From NCBI GenBank assembly GCA_965368095.1, contig CBDULO010000001.1, positions 1 through 26,046 of the forward strand: a DNA stretch of 26,046 nt, written 5' to 3'. The notes below the pieces were generated by a model. That model did no database searches, was not told where the DNA came from, and saw only the letters and a list, made by a program, of their open reading frames with translations. The stretch comes from an uncultured bacterium. GTDB lineage: Bacteria; Patescibacteriota; Patescibacteriia; 2-12-FULL-60-25. A program made the position numbers and the translations under genes. Below, in pieces: positions 1 to 7,186 of the stretch (the stretch's first letter is position 1; the number at the start of each line of letters is the position of its first letter).

Positions 1-4
1 ACTA

Positions 5-33
5 TTGACAAAATGGTGCACACATGCTAACGT
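5..33 (+). promoter_or_regulatory. sigma70-type promoter
   Basis: TTGACA (5-10), 17-nt spacer, TG at 25-26, TAACGT (28-33). Same TTGACAAA...TGC-TAA pattern as other promoters in the window. Predicted start about 39-40. Confidence 0.6.
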
Positions 34-238
34 GGCTTATCAAGATCGACCGGATTCGGTCACGATAGAGCCTAAGTCGGGGGGCCGTCCGAAGAGGCGC
101 CTCTCCCGCCCCGAGTGGCGATACCTTGTCGAGCTGCTTTCAGAGCTGGATGAAGAGGACTTGGGCTCCGCGCTCATGTTCCATCGGCTTTGGAGGCGGT
201 TCGAGGGTGGTTCGATTCGGGGAGTTCCCGGGCAATAA
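5..238 (+). CDS. hypothetical ORF, possibly the 3' end of a gene truncated by the window edge
   Basis: Frame is open to the left edge with protein-like codons (RPEWRYLVELLSELDEEDLG). It conflicts with the promoter at 5-33 and overlaps strong RNA stems. Confidence 0.3.
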   Translation: MTKWCTHANVAYQDRPDSVTIEPKSGGRPKRRLSRPEWRYLVELLSELDEEDLGSALMFHRLWRRFEGGSIRGVPGQ

Positions 239-301
239 GGGCTTGCTCGGGAAGTCCCTGAATCCACGGATAGTCCGTGCTCATGGGTCTTCGGAAAGCG
301 C
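40..301 (+). ncRNA. candidate structured RNA or long structured 5' leader of unknown class
   Basis: Stems 68-78/158-168 (11 bp), 214-223/255-264 stacked on 225-235/243-253 (21 bp with one G-G mismatch), 265-270/274-279 and 170-174/297-301. Lies downstream of a promoter and ends just before ATG 309. Confidence 0.35.
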
Positions 302-308
302 TACCAGC

Positions 309-695
309 ATGTTCCACCACGAGTTCCGAGCCCGTGAACGTATCAACCCGACGTTGTCTGCATCCGAAGACATCACGATCCCAGAGCAGCTTAGCTTCGG
401 TGAACTCAGCCATCGGCTCGCGGAAGCGATTGACCGCCGGCTCGCTCATCCCGTCCCTGCCTCCGTCATTGGAGAAGAGTTCGCCGACGCGCTGCTCTCA
501 ATCCGCGCGCGACAACCGAACCTGCTTCTGATCAAGCGGTGCGACCTGCCTCCCGCGGTCGTCGCCGCTAGCCCGTCCGTAATCGGGTCGCTCTTCAATC
601 TCTTCTTCACAGAAGACCCTGTTTCTCGCGGCATGCCGCCGCTCCCCGACGAGATGGTCGATTGGGGAGATTGGTTTGACGATGAGCTGCGCTAG
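309..695 (+). CDS. hypothetical protein (128 aa)
   Basis: ATG 309 within ORF 126-695, GC3-rich codons, followed by a strong hairpin at 711-740. No family recognised with confidence. Confidence 0.55.
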   Translation: MFHHEFRARERINPTLSASEDITIPEQLSFGELSHRLAEAIDRRLAHPVPASVIGEEFADALLSIRARQPNLLLIKRCDLPPAVVAASPSVIGSLFNLFFTEDPVSRGMPPLPDEMVDWGDWFDDELR

Positions 696-710
696 GCAAT
701 CCCTCTACCC

Positions 711-740
711 AAGAGCCTGTCACACCTGTGACAGGCTCTT
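711..740 (+). terminator. intrinsic terminator-like hairpin
   Basis: Perfect inverted repeat AAGAGCCTGTCACA-CC-TGTGACAGGCTCTT followed by a pyrimidine run, 16 nt after the stop at 695. Confidence 0.7.
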
Positions 741-766
741 CTTCCGTTTCGCCTGGTAACGACTCT

Positions 767-1418
767 ATGGCTCGTGACCAACTTCCGGTGAGCTGGGTGT
801 CCCATGCTGCCTATGACAAGCCAGGGATGCTCGAGCATGTAGCTGTACCCATGCTAGGGACGACCTATGCCGACGCGCTGGGATGGCAGTTGTTCATCCA
901 AGGTACTCGTCGCTCGAGCACGAAGCTCCGGTCCAGAAAGGCACCCGTCTACCCTTTCGAGTATCCACAGAAGTGGGTGGCCGCAGCGGGCGGACGCCGA
1001 CGCAGTATCTGGAAACCGCTGAGCCTGGCCCCAGCCCGCCCACTTCTTTCGGCGGACTACGAGGGCGTGATTGATGCCGAATCGTTCTCGGACAGGGTCG
1101 CAGAGAAGCTCAGCGCATGCCTTCTCGACAAAGCGAAGTGTAAGTCCCAGCTTCGCGGGAGCTCACATCGCAATCCCTCCTACGCTAAACGAGGACAGAC
1201 ATACGGCTTCCTCGGTGGGGCCCGTCGCCCGCAAGTCGGTTGAGCGTGCGCTCTGGAAGCTGTACCAGTACAAGTGGAACGGGCCCGACGGTCCTACGGG
1301 TGCTCGAGTCGACGGGACGATCATCTTGGCGGAGCGGTTCCCTGAGCCGTACACGATCGACTTCAACGGGACCCGTCGCGCCATGTTCGGCGTCGAGTCT
1401 CCCGTGAGCCTGCCGTGA
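767..1418 (+). pseudogene. probable single frameshifted hypothetical gene (about 216 aa if fused)
   Basis: Coding-like codons in the 728-1243 frame up to about 1140 (DYEGVIDAESFSDRVAEKLSACLLDKAK), then in the 1071-1418 frame (FAGAHIAIP...VERALWKLYQYKWNG). This implies a +1 shift near 1131-1150. Confidence 0.35.
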
Positions 1419-1451
1419 CGGCAGCGATGACTCCTCACTCGGGGCATTTCC

Positions 1452-1661
1452 GTGACTGACTACGACGAGATTCAGGCAAAGAAAGACGTCTCGGAGTTCT
1501 TCTGGACCGTTCTCGGCCCAACCGTCTGCCAGAATCGGGCGTGCGGGCAGCAGCTCTGGCGCGATCAGACGAAGTTCTATACGCACCGTGATTCGGGTGG
1601 CTTGTTCGCGCGATGCATCCACTGCGACACGCTGCACCGTTTCAGCGTGACCCTCGCATGA
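1452..1661 (+). CDS. small zinc-ribbon protein (69 aa)
   Basis: GTG start, Cys pairs CQNRAC and CIHC, GGGG upstream, terminator downstream. Confidence 0.6.
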   Translation: MTDYDEIQAKKDVSEFFWTVLGPTVCQNRACGQQLWRDQTKFYTHRDSGGLFARCIHCDTLHRFSVTLA

Positions 1662-1695
1662 GCTGAGTTCTGACGTCCTCTACTCTGGCCCACCA

Positions 1696-1731
1696 TAAAA
1701 GTGAATCGTGAAAGCGGTTCACTTTTATTTT
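1696..1731. terminator. bidirectional intrinsic terminator
   Basis: 13-bp stem 1696-1708/1715-1727 with A and T tracts on both sides, between convergent genes. Confidence 0.8.
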
Positions 1732-1746
1732 CATCTTTCCGACGAA

Positions 1747-2358
1747 TCAGAATCCAGCGGAAGCAAAGATGAACTTAAATGGCTTGCACACGATCACCAC
1801 GGAATGAATGGCCGCTCTTGAAGAGGTAGCCCCCTCATCCCCAAAGTTAATTCCATCCGGCAATTCATATGTCTGCACCCCTTTTGAACTTTTAAGCTTT
1901 GCAATCTCAAATCCTTCGTCCATTACCGCGCCCGCTTTTTGCGGCGACGTTTCTGAACTTAAATAGACATAGAGCGCCGGTCCCATGAGAACCGAAAAGT
2001 CCTCGGAAAATACCAACATCTTTTTCCCGCCCTCCTCTACAATACGGACTGAACCCGCCGCCGGATGCAAAAATCTCCCTTCAAAATCCCCGAAACGAAT
2101 CGTATCTCCTTCTTTCATATGTTCTATACTTAATTTAACCTCTTTAACTTGCTCTTCTTTTGTTATTTCTTCCATCGGATGATCCTCCATCATCGCCTCC
2201 ATCCCGAGCTTTTTCTCCTCATCGGTCATAACTTCCAATTGCTCATCCGTTGGAGTTTCTCCGGGGATATAAGGCGGAATTTCTTGATTCCCAAACCCGA
2301 GACAGCCCGTGCCCATGAGGGAAAAAATCAAGAACCCTGCAAATAATCGCTTCACCAT
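1747..2358 (-). CDS. DM13-domain lipoprotein (203 aa)
   Basis: Signal peptide with LMGTGC lipobox from ATG 2358. C-terminal DM13 pattern: G-F...H-A-GSV, GPALYVYLS, LK--KG-QTYELP, VVIVC-PF--FA-A. Confidence 0.8.
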   Translation of the reverse strand: MVKRLFAGFLIFSLMGTGCLGFGNQEIPPYIPGETPTDEQLEVMTDEEKKLGMEAMMEDHPMEEITKEEQVKEVKLSIEHMKEGDTIRFGDFEGRFLHPAAGSVRIVEEGGKKMLVFSEDFSVLMGPALYVYLSSETSPQKAGAVMDEGFEIAKLKSSKGVQTYELPDGINFGDEGATSSRAAIHSVVIVCKPFKFIFASAGF

Positions 2359-2367
2359 ACATACATG

Positions 2368-2417
2368 AGTGTAGCATGAAGCATTCCATTGACAAAAAGA
2401 GCATTTTTTGCTAAGAA
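2368..2417. promoter_or_regulatory. overlapping divergent sigma70 promoters
   Basis: Plus strand: TTGACA 2389-2394, 17 nt, TAAGAA 2412-2417. Minus strand: TTGTCA 2395-2390, 16 nt, TACACT 2373-2368. Both have an extended -10 TG. Confidence 0.5.
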
Positions 2418-2442
2418 GCAAGTAAATATAACCTTATATATT

Positions 2443-4305
2443 ATGAAGAAAACACTGATTTCAGTTCTTGTAACCGCCTTTGCCATGACCCCCTTCTTGG
2501 GATTCACGCAAACGGCGAATGCCGGCGCTCCGCTCGCGGAAAACTCCGCATTTCGAACCGTTTCGAATTCAGCCGTCTACTGGCATGCGAATGGCGTGCG
2601 TTACCCATTCCCAAATGCAGAAACATATTTCACCTGGTTCGATTCATTTAATACTGTTCGAGTCGTGCACGACTCCTATCTCCAAGAGTATCCTCTCGCC
2701 GGTGAAAATATCACCTACCGCCCGGGAGCAAAACTTGTGAAAAGCACAAGCGGCGACAAAATTTATGCCGTATCTCGGCATGGCATTTTGCGACATGTCG
2801 TATCAGCCTCGGTCGCATCCCAATTATACGGATATGACTGGAATACCAAGGTACATGACATTCCCGATGCATTCTTCGGAAATTACACCATCGGATCGCC
2901 GATCTATTCGGCTTCAGATTACAATGCGAGCAATGAATATCATGGCGTAACCTTCCCGCATGAATCACTCCGTAATTCGTATTCAGCAAATACCAACTAC
3001 TTCAATAATTACTACTATCCAAATACGAACTATTACGGAACAACCGGAAGCCTCACCTTCAATACCAGCCGAACAAATATCAATTCAGGACAAGATGTCA
3101 CGCTTACGACCTATTATAATGGAAACCTTCCATCGAATGGACGTATCGAGATCAAAAATATCCGAAATAGCGCGACACTTAAAACCTGTTATAGCAATTC
3201 CTGCTCTGTAACCGTTCGTCCGGAACGAAATATCGAAGGAACATCCGTTCAATATATCGCGACCGTAAAAAATTCGAATGGTTCATTCATTACGAATAAG
3301 TACAGCCCGACGATTTATATTGATTCAAATACGAATAATCCCGCAAATGGTGACACCACGCTTTCGATTACAAATCGCTATAGCGCAAATGGAAATGAAA
3401 CCATCACCTTCGCCGCATTCGTAAATCGATCGGGATATACGAATTCAAATACGACGCTTCGTGTCTACGACGCATCGAATGGATCTCTCGTTCACACCTG
3501 CACGCAAAATACTTACTGTAGTTTTTCAAGAACATTCTCAAATGCTCTAGGAAAAACCTGGTATGTCCGCGCCACCAATGCAAACGGTGACAGCATCGAT
3601 TCAAATTATTTGACCTTCAATACAAGTGGGAATGGAACATCCGTAAATAACGGAACACTTTCGCTCACTGCCGATCGAACAAATATTTCGAATGGACAGG
3701 CCGTATATCTTTCCGCCAATTATCAGTATGGCGGCACAAGCATCAATCGTATTGAAATCAAAGAAGTACGAAACGGAAATACGGTAAAAACCTGTTACAA
3801 TACCAGCTGTTCCGCCACCGTATATCCGTATCAGAATGGATATACATCAACCCAATATTACGCGATTGCCTATAATTACGCAGGCACGCAAATCGATACT
3901 GAATATAGCCCAACGATTTACTTCAATGGGACAACGTATAATCCACCCACCTACAATCCCCCTACCTATTACCCGCCGGCAACGTATTATGGGACAGGTA
4001 ATGTAAACGATCTTCGTATCGACATGAGCGATACTCTGATCCATAGCGGGGATCTCGTAAAACTCACGGTGAATGCTCACAATACCGGCAACTGGAATTA
4101 TTCCGGAAATCGTATCGAGATCATCGATACGCGCACCGGAAATATCGTAAGAACATGCAGTGACCAAAGCTGGTGTGTTGCCGATGTCCGCGTCTTCCGT
4201 AATGGCGGCGAAGCAACCGTGCGATATGAAGCAAGATTCTACGACCGAAACGGAACGTATAGCATGAATGAAATCGGAACCCCGATTTACTTCATTACGA
4301 ACTAA
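2443..4305 (+). CDS. secreted/surface protein with a CPR-type N-terminal domain and four Cys-pair beta-rich (Ig-like) repeats (620 aa)
   Basis: Signal peptide MKKTLISVLVTAFAM. N-terminal SAVY..RYPFPN..TYFTW..TYRPG..KLVK..KIYAV..LYG.DW..DIPDAFF.NY domain typical of Parcubacteria surface proteins. Repeats carry KTC-x(4-5)-C. Confidence 0.8.
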   Translation: MKKTLISVLVTAFAMTPFLGFTQTANAGAPLAENSAFRTVSNSAVYWHANGVRYPFPNAETYFTWFDSFNTVRVVHDSYLQEYPLAGENITYRPGAKLVKSTSGDKIYAVSRHGILRHVVSASVASQLYGYDWNTKVHDIPDAFFGNYTIGSPIYSASDYNASNEYHGVTFPHESLRNSYSANTNYFNNYYYPNTNYYGTTGSLTFNTSRTNINSGQDVTLTTYYNGNLPSNGRIEIKNIRNSATLKTCYSNSCSVTVRPERNIEGTSVQYIATVKNSNGSFITNKYSPTIYIDSNTNNPANGDTTLSITNRYSANGNETITFAAFVNRSGYTNSNTTLRVYDASNGSLVHTCTQNTYCSFSRTFSNALGKTWYVRATNANGDSIDSNYLTFNTSGNGTSVNNGTLSLTADRTNISNGQAVYLSANYQYGGTSINRIEIKEVRNGNTVKTCYNTSCSATVYPYQNGYTSTQYYAIAYNYAGTQIDTEYSPTIYFNGTTYNPPTYNPPTYYPPATYYGTGNVNDLRIDMSDTLIHSGDLVKLTVNAHNTGNWNYSGNRIEIIDTRTGNIVRTCSDQSWCVADVRVFRNGGEATVRYEARFYDRNGTYSMNEIGTPIYFITN

Positions 4306-4312
4306 GTACGGC

Positions 4313-4348
4313 AAATAAAAAACCCTCCATATGGAGGGTTTTTTATTT
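4313..4348. terminator. bidirectional intrinsic terminator
   Basis: Perfect 36-bp palindrome AAATAAAAAACCCTCCAT/ATGGAGGGTTTTTTATTT between convergent genes. Confidence 0.85.
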
Positions 4349-4364
4349 TGTAAATACTCCGAAA

Positions 4365-4931
4365 CTATTTAGCCCGTTCTACATACTCGCCCGTCTCGGT
4401 GCTAATCACAATCTCCTCCCCGGCTTTAATAAACATCGGCGCGCGAATCTGAATATCTCCCTCGAGCACAATATCTTTCGTCATATTTCCACCGCTCGCC
4501 GTATTCCCGGCAACCACCTCGGGCGCCTCAATCACCTTGAACTTCATTTTGCGGGGAAGTTCAACCGAAATCGGTCTTCCTTCATAAAGCGACACGCCGA
4601 CCTCCATACCTTCTTTCATGAATCGACCTTCATCACCGACCTGATCCTCCGGTAAAGCCACTTGTTCATAGGTATCATTATCCATGAATGTATATCCGGT
4701 TTGATCTTTGTATAAAAACTGCATTTTACGAAATTCGACGGAAACAATCTCAATACTTTCAGAAACTTTGTACGTGCGTTCCAGTGCTTTTCCATTTTGA
4801 AGATTCTTCAGCTTTGATCGCACAAAGGCCGAGCCCTTCCCAGGGTTCACATGCTGAAAATCAGCAACCAACCAAAGTCCTCCATCGTCTTTTATTACAA
4901 TTCCTTTCTTAATATCATTTGGTGATGCCAT
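4365..4931 (-). CDS. efp: translation elongation factor P (188 aa)
   Basis: QHVNPGKGSAFVRSKLKNL with the modifiable Lys, MQFLY, FMDNDTYEQ, GNTAS, APMFIKAGEEI-ISTETGEYVER. Start moved to ATG 4931. Confidence 0.97.
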   Translation of the reverse strand: MASPNDIKKGIVIKDDGGLWLVADFQHVNPGKGSAFVRSKLKNLQNGKALERTYKVSESIEIVSVEFRKMQFLYKDQTGYTFMDNDTYEQVALPEDQVGDEGRFMKEGMEVGVSLYEGRPISVELPRKMKFKVIEAPEVVAGNTASGGNMTKDIVLEGDIQIRAPMFIKAGEEIVISTETGEYVERAK

Positions 4932-4990
4932 AAATATATTCAAAATTCTTAACGACTGAAGTCTGCTGAAATATATGCCTTTCGTCAAGT

Positions 4991-5938
4991 CTACCTATTC
5001 GTACCATCAAGCAATGTCACAAGCCGATCCACGCCAAAAGCCATGCCGCTCGCTTTTCCAATTGAAGGCAGTGCTTCAAGAAGCGCTTCGTCAATATCCC
5101 AGGCTCTCTTTTCCAGACTCTTTCGCAGTGCAGCCTCTTCCAAAAATCTCTTCCGCTGTTCCGATGAGTCCGTTAACTCTTGAAATCCATTCCCCAGCTC
5201 TAAATCCCCGATATATAATTCTGCCCTCAATGCATACCGCATATCATCTGGATTTTTTTCTGCCAGTGCCGCCTGTGAAACGGGATAATTCCACAAAAAA
5301 GTCGGGTACCATTTTGCTTTATCTTCATTCCAGCCCAGTTTCGGCTCAACCTCGGTTAAAAAAATCTTAAAAAACAAATCATCCCATCTATCTTTCTCTG
5401 AAACGGTCCCGCCTCGCTCTCGCACAAGCTCCGCGAGCTTTTCTCGATCTTCGAGAAGTGCGTCCAAAGCAATACCGGCATATTGATGCATGGCTTCTGC
5501 GACGGTTAACCGTCTAAATGAAATCTCAAGCTCATGGTGACGGCCGCCATCTACAAACCGCACCATTTCTTCGGTCTCACCCATGAGCGATTGAAGATCC
5601 GCTCCCTTCCGATACCATTCAAGCATTAAAAATTCCGGGGCATGCGACCCATCGCTCGGCTCTCCATCGCGAAAACAAGGGCCGAGATCATAAATCTTCT
5701 CATAACCTTCCGCCAATAACTTTTTCATTGCATATTCCGGACTGGTAATGAGCGCACGGTCAAATTCATTCCCTTGAATATCATGAAGCTTGGTCCAAAA
5801 GGGATCGAGATATGGCTCCTGCCCAGGCAGTTCCACCATTCTCGGTGTATGCACCTCCAAATATCCTCGCGCATCAAAAAAAGTGCGAATCCTTTTTACC
5901 GTTTCTGATCGAAGCTTTACATTTAGTTTCATACGCAT
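4991..5938 (-). CDS. epmA: EF-P lysine(34) beta-lysyl ligase, LysRS2 paralog (EpmA/GenX/PoxA)
   Basis: IRTFFDARGYLEVHTP, LITSPEYAMKKLLA, FRDGE...HAPEFLMLEWYR, ELGNGFQELTD, GMAFGVDRL. No anticodon-binding domain. Adjacent to efp. Confidence 0.92.
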   Translation of the reverse strand: MRMKLNVKLRSETVKRIRTFFDARGYLEVHTPRMVELPGQEPYLDPFWTKLHDIQGNEFDRALITSPEYAMKKLLAEGYEKIYDLGPCFRDGEPSDGSHAPEFLMLEWYRKGADLQSLMGETEEMVRFVDGGRHHELEISFRRLTVAEAMHQYAGIALDALLEDREKLAELVRERGGTVSEKDRWDDLFFKIFLTEVEPKLGWNEDKAKWYPTFLWNYPVSQAALAEKNPDDMRYALRAELYIGDLELGNGFQELTDSSEQRKRFLEEAALRKSLEKRAWDIDEALLEALPSIGKASGMAFGVDRLVTLLDGTNR

Positions 5939-5941
5939 AAC

Positions 5942-5975
5942 AAAAAAGTCTAGAACATTCGCGGCTCTAGACTTT
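5942..5975 (-). terminator. intrinsic terminator after rpsR
   Basis: 10-bp stem AAAGTCTAGA 5945-5954 / TCTAGACTTT 5966-5975 with a T6 tract on the minus strand. Confidence 0.7.
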
Positions 5976-5981
5976 CTTAAT

Positions 5982-6212
5982 TTATCTTACGATATATGGA
6001 AGCAAGCCCATATGTCTCGCCCGCTTGATTGCCGTTGCCAGCTTCCGCTGATGCCAGGCACATACACCGGAACGCTTACGTGGCACGATCTTCCCGAAAG
6101 AAGAAATATAGCGGCGCAATGTATCGGTATCTTTATAATCAATGTGATCCATGCCATTAACACTGAAATAACAGTTCTTAGGCACGCGCTTTTTTGTTCG
6201 TCTTTTCATCAT
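5982..6212 (-). CDS. rpsR: 30S ribosomal protein S18
   Basis: [40 protein letters not shown]. Confidence 0.97.
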   Translation of the reverse strand: MMKRRTKKRVPKNCYFSVNGMDHIDYKDTDTLRRYISSFGKIVPRKRSGVCAWHQRKLATAIKRARHMGLLPYIVR

Positions 6213-6217
6213 AGTGG

Positions 6218-6667
6218 TTAAAACGGAATATCTTCTAATCTAATTTCTTGGTCACCCATGCCTTGATCGACCGTATCGTCGTTAAGCTTTCCCGGGCTTG
6301 ACTCTTGCTTGCCAACAGCGGATTCAACGGGTCCGGACCCCCTCTTATCAAGAAGAATCATATTATCCGCGACGATTTCTGTACGATACTTTTTCTGACC
6401 GTCCTGCGTTTCCCAGTCTCGCGTCTGCAAGCGTCCCTCGATATAGACTTTTCGTCCTTTTCCGAGATACTGCCCGCAAATTTCCGCAAGCTTTCTCCAG
6501 GCGACAATATTATGGTACTCCGCTCGCTCTTGTTGCTGACCATCTTTATCAGTCCAGCGCATATTGGTTGCGATACTGAATGAGCAAACGCTCTGCCCGC
6601 CGGTTGTTGTTCGAAGTTCGGGATCGCGGGTCACATTCCCGATAATCATAGCTCTATTTAAATCCAT
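6218..6667 (-). CDS. ssb: single-stranded DNA-binding protein
   Basis: [43 protein letters not shown]-terminal DIPF, located in rpsF-ssb-rpsR order. Confidence 0.97.
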   Translation of the reverse strand: MDLNRAMIIGNVTRDPELRTTTGGQSVCSFSIATNMRWTDKDGQQQERAEYHNIVAWRKLAEICGQYLGKGRKVYIEGRLQTRDWETQDGQKKYRTEIVADNMILLDKRGSGPVESAVGKQESSPGKLNDDTVDQGMGDQEIRLEDIPF

Positions 6668-6676
6668 ATAGCTTGA

Positions 6677-7186
6677 TTATACGTCTTTAATATCTTCTTT
6701 CAAAGCGGACTCAATCTTCTTTTCAACCTCTTCTTCTGTAATCGGCTTCTTCTCGGCTTCTTGCTTTTTCTCCGCTCGCGCCTGCTCGGACTGAATTTTC
6801 TCTTCCTGTTTGCGCTTACGTCGCGCCTCTTCCTTCGCTTCAATATCCACCTCCTGGAATTGTACAAGGTTGTATTTCGGATTCACTTCTTCCGCCTTCA
6901 CAATCATATGGCGCAAGACCTCTTCGGTAATGCGAAGATGCTCTTCAATTTTCGCAATACTCATTCGCGGCGCTGTAAAATATACCAGGACATAATGCCC
7001 ATGGCGCTGTTTCTTGATGGGATATGCAAAACGCAATTTTCCGAGACGATTCACGGAATCAATGCTTGCTCCATCCTTTTCCAATAAAGTTGAGACCTTG
7101 GTCTCGATGCTTCCAATTTCATCATCCGCATATGTGGTCGGGACGATATAGAGAAGCTCGTATTTTTGAATTTGTTCTTCACTCAT
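6677..7186 (-). CDS. rpsF: 30S ribosomal protein S6 with a long charged C-terminal extension (169 aa)
   Basis: KYELLYIV, LGKLRFAYPIKK...GHYVL, EEVLRHMIVK, followed by about 70 Glu/Lys-rich residues. Confidence 0.95.
   Translation of the reverse strand: MSEEQIQKYELLYIVPTTYADDEIGSIETKVSTLLEKDGASIDSVNRLGKLRFAYPIKKQRHGHYVLVYFTAPRMSIAKIEEHLRITEEVLRHMIVKAEEVNPKYNLVQFQEVDIEAKEEARRKRKQEEKIQSEQARAEKKQEAEKKPITEEEVEKKIESALKEDIKDV

Noticed and set aside
79-260. RNase P-like GAGGACTTGGGCTCC, tmRNA-like GGGGCCG and T-arm-like GGTTCGATTC fragments
   Set aside because: The RNase P core GAGGAAAGUCC and its 3' P4 partner are absent, there is no tmRNA acceptor or CCA end, and the T-arm flanks do not pair.
860-1085. 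YADA (RT YADD-like) and YEGVIDAE (LAGLIDADG-like) words in ORF 728-1243
   Set aside because: Isolated short words without any other reverse transcriptase or homing endonuclease motifs.
1335-1380. GAGCCGTA resembling the start of group II intron domain V
   Set aside because: No matching ...CGGTTC 3' strand at the right distance, no GUGYG 5' end after the 711-740 hairpin, and no RT ORF.
3950-3990. Short tandem repeat AATCCACCCACCTAC / AATCCCCCTACCTAT as a CRISPR or contingency locus
   Set aside because: An in-frame NPPTY peptide repeat inside a CDS, with no spacers and a unit length that is a multiple of three.
4313-4348. Perfect 36-bp palindrome as a MITE or recombination site
   Set aside because: Single copy, with A/T tails, between convergent genes; fully explained as a bidirectional terminator.
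4940-5000. Possible frameshifted continuation of EpmA (GRLDERHIF) after the TAG at 4991
   Set aside because: All catalytic motifs including motif 3 precede the stop. The resemblance to the usual IDEV tail is only three residues, and a natural short C-terminus is simpler.
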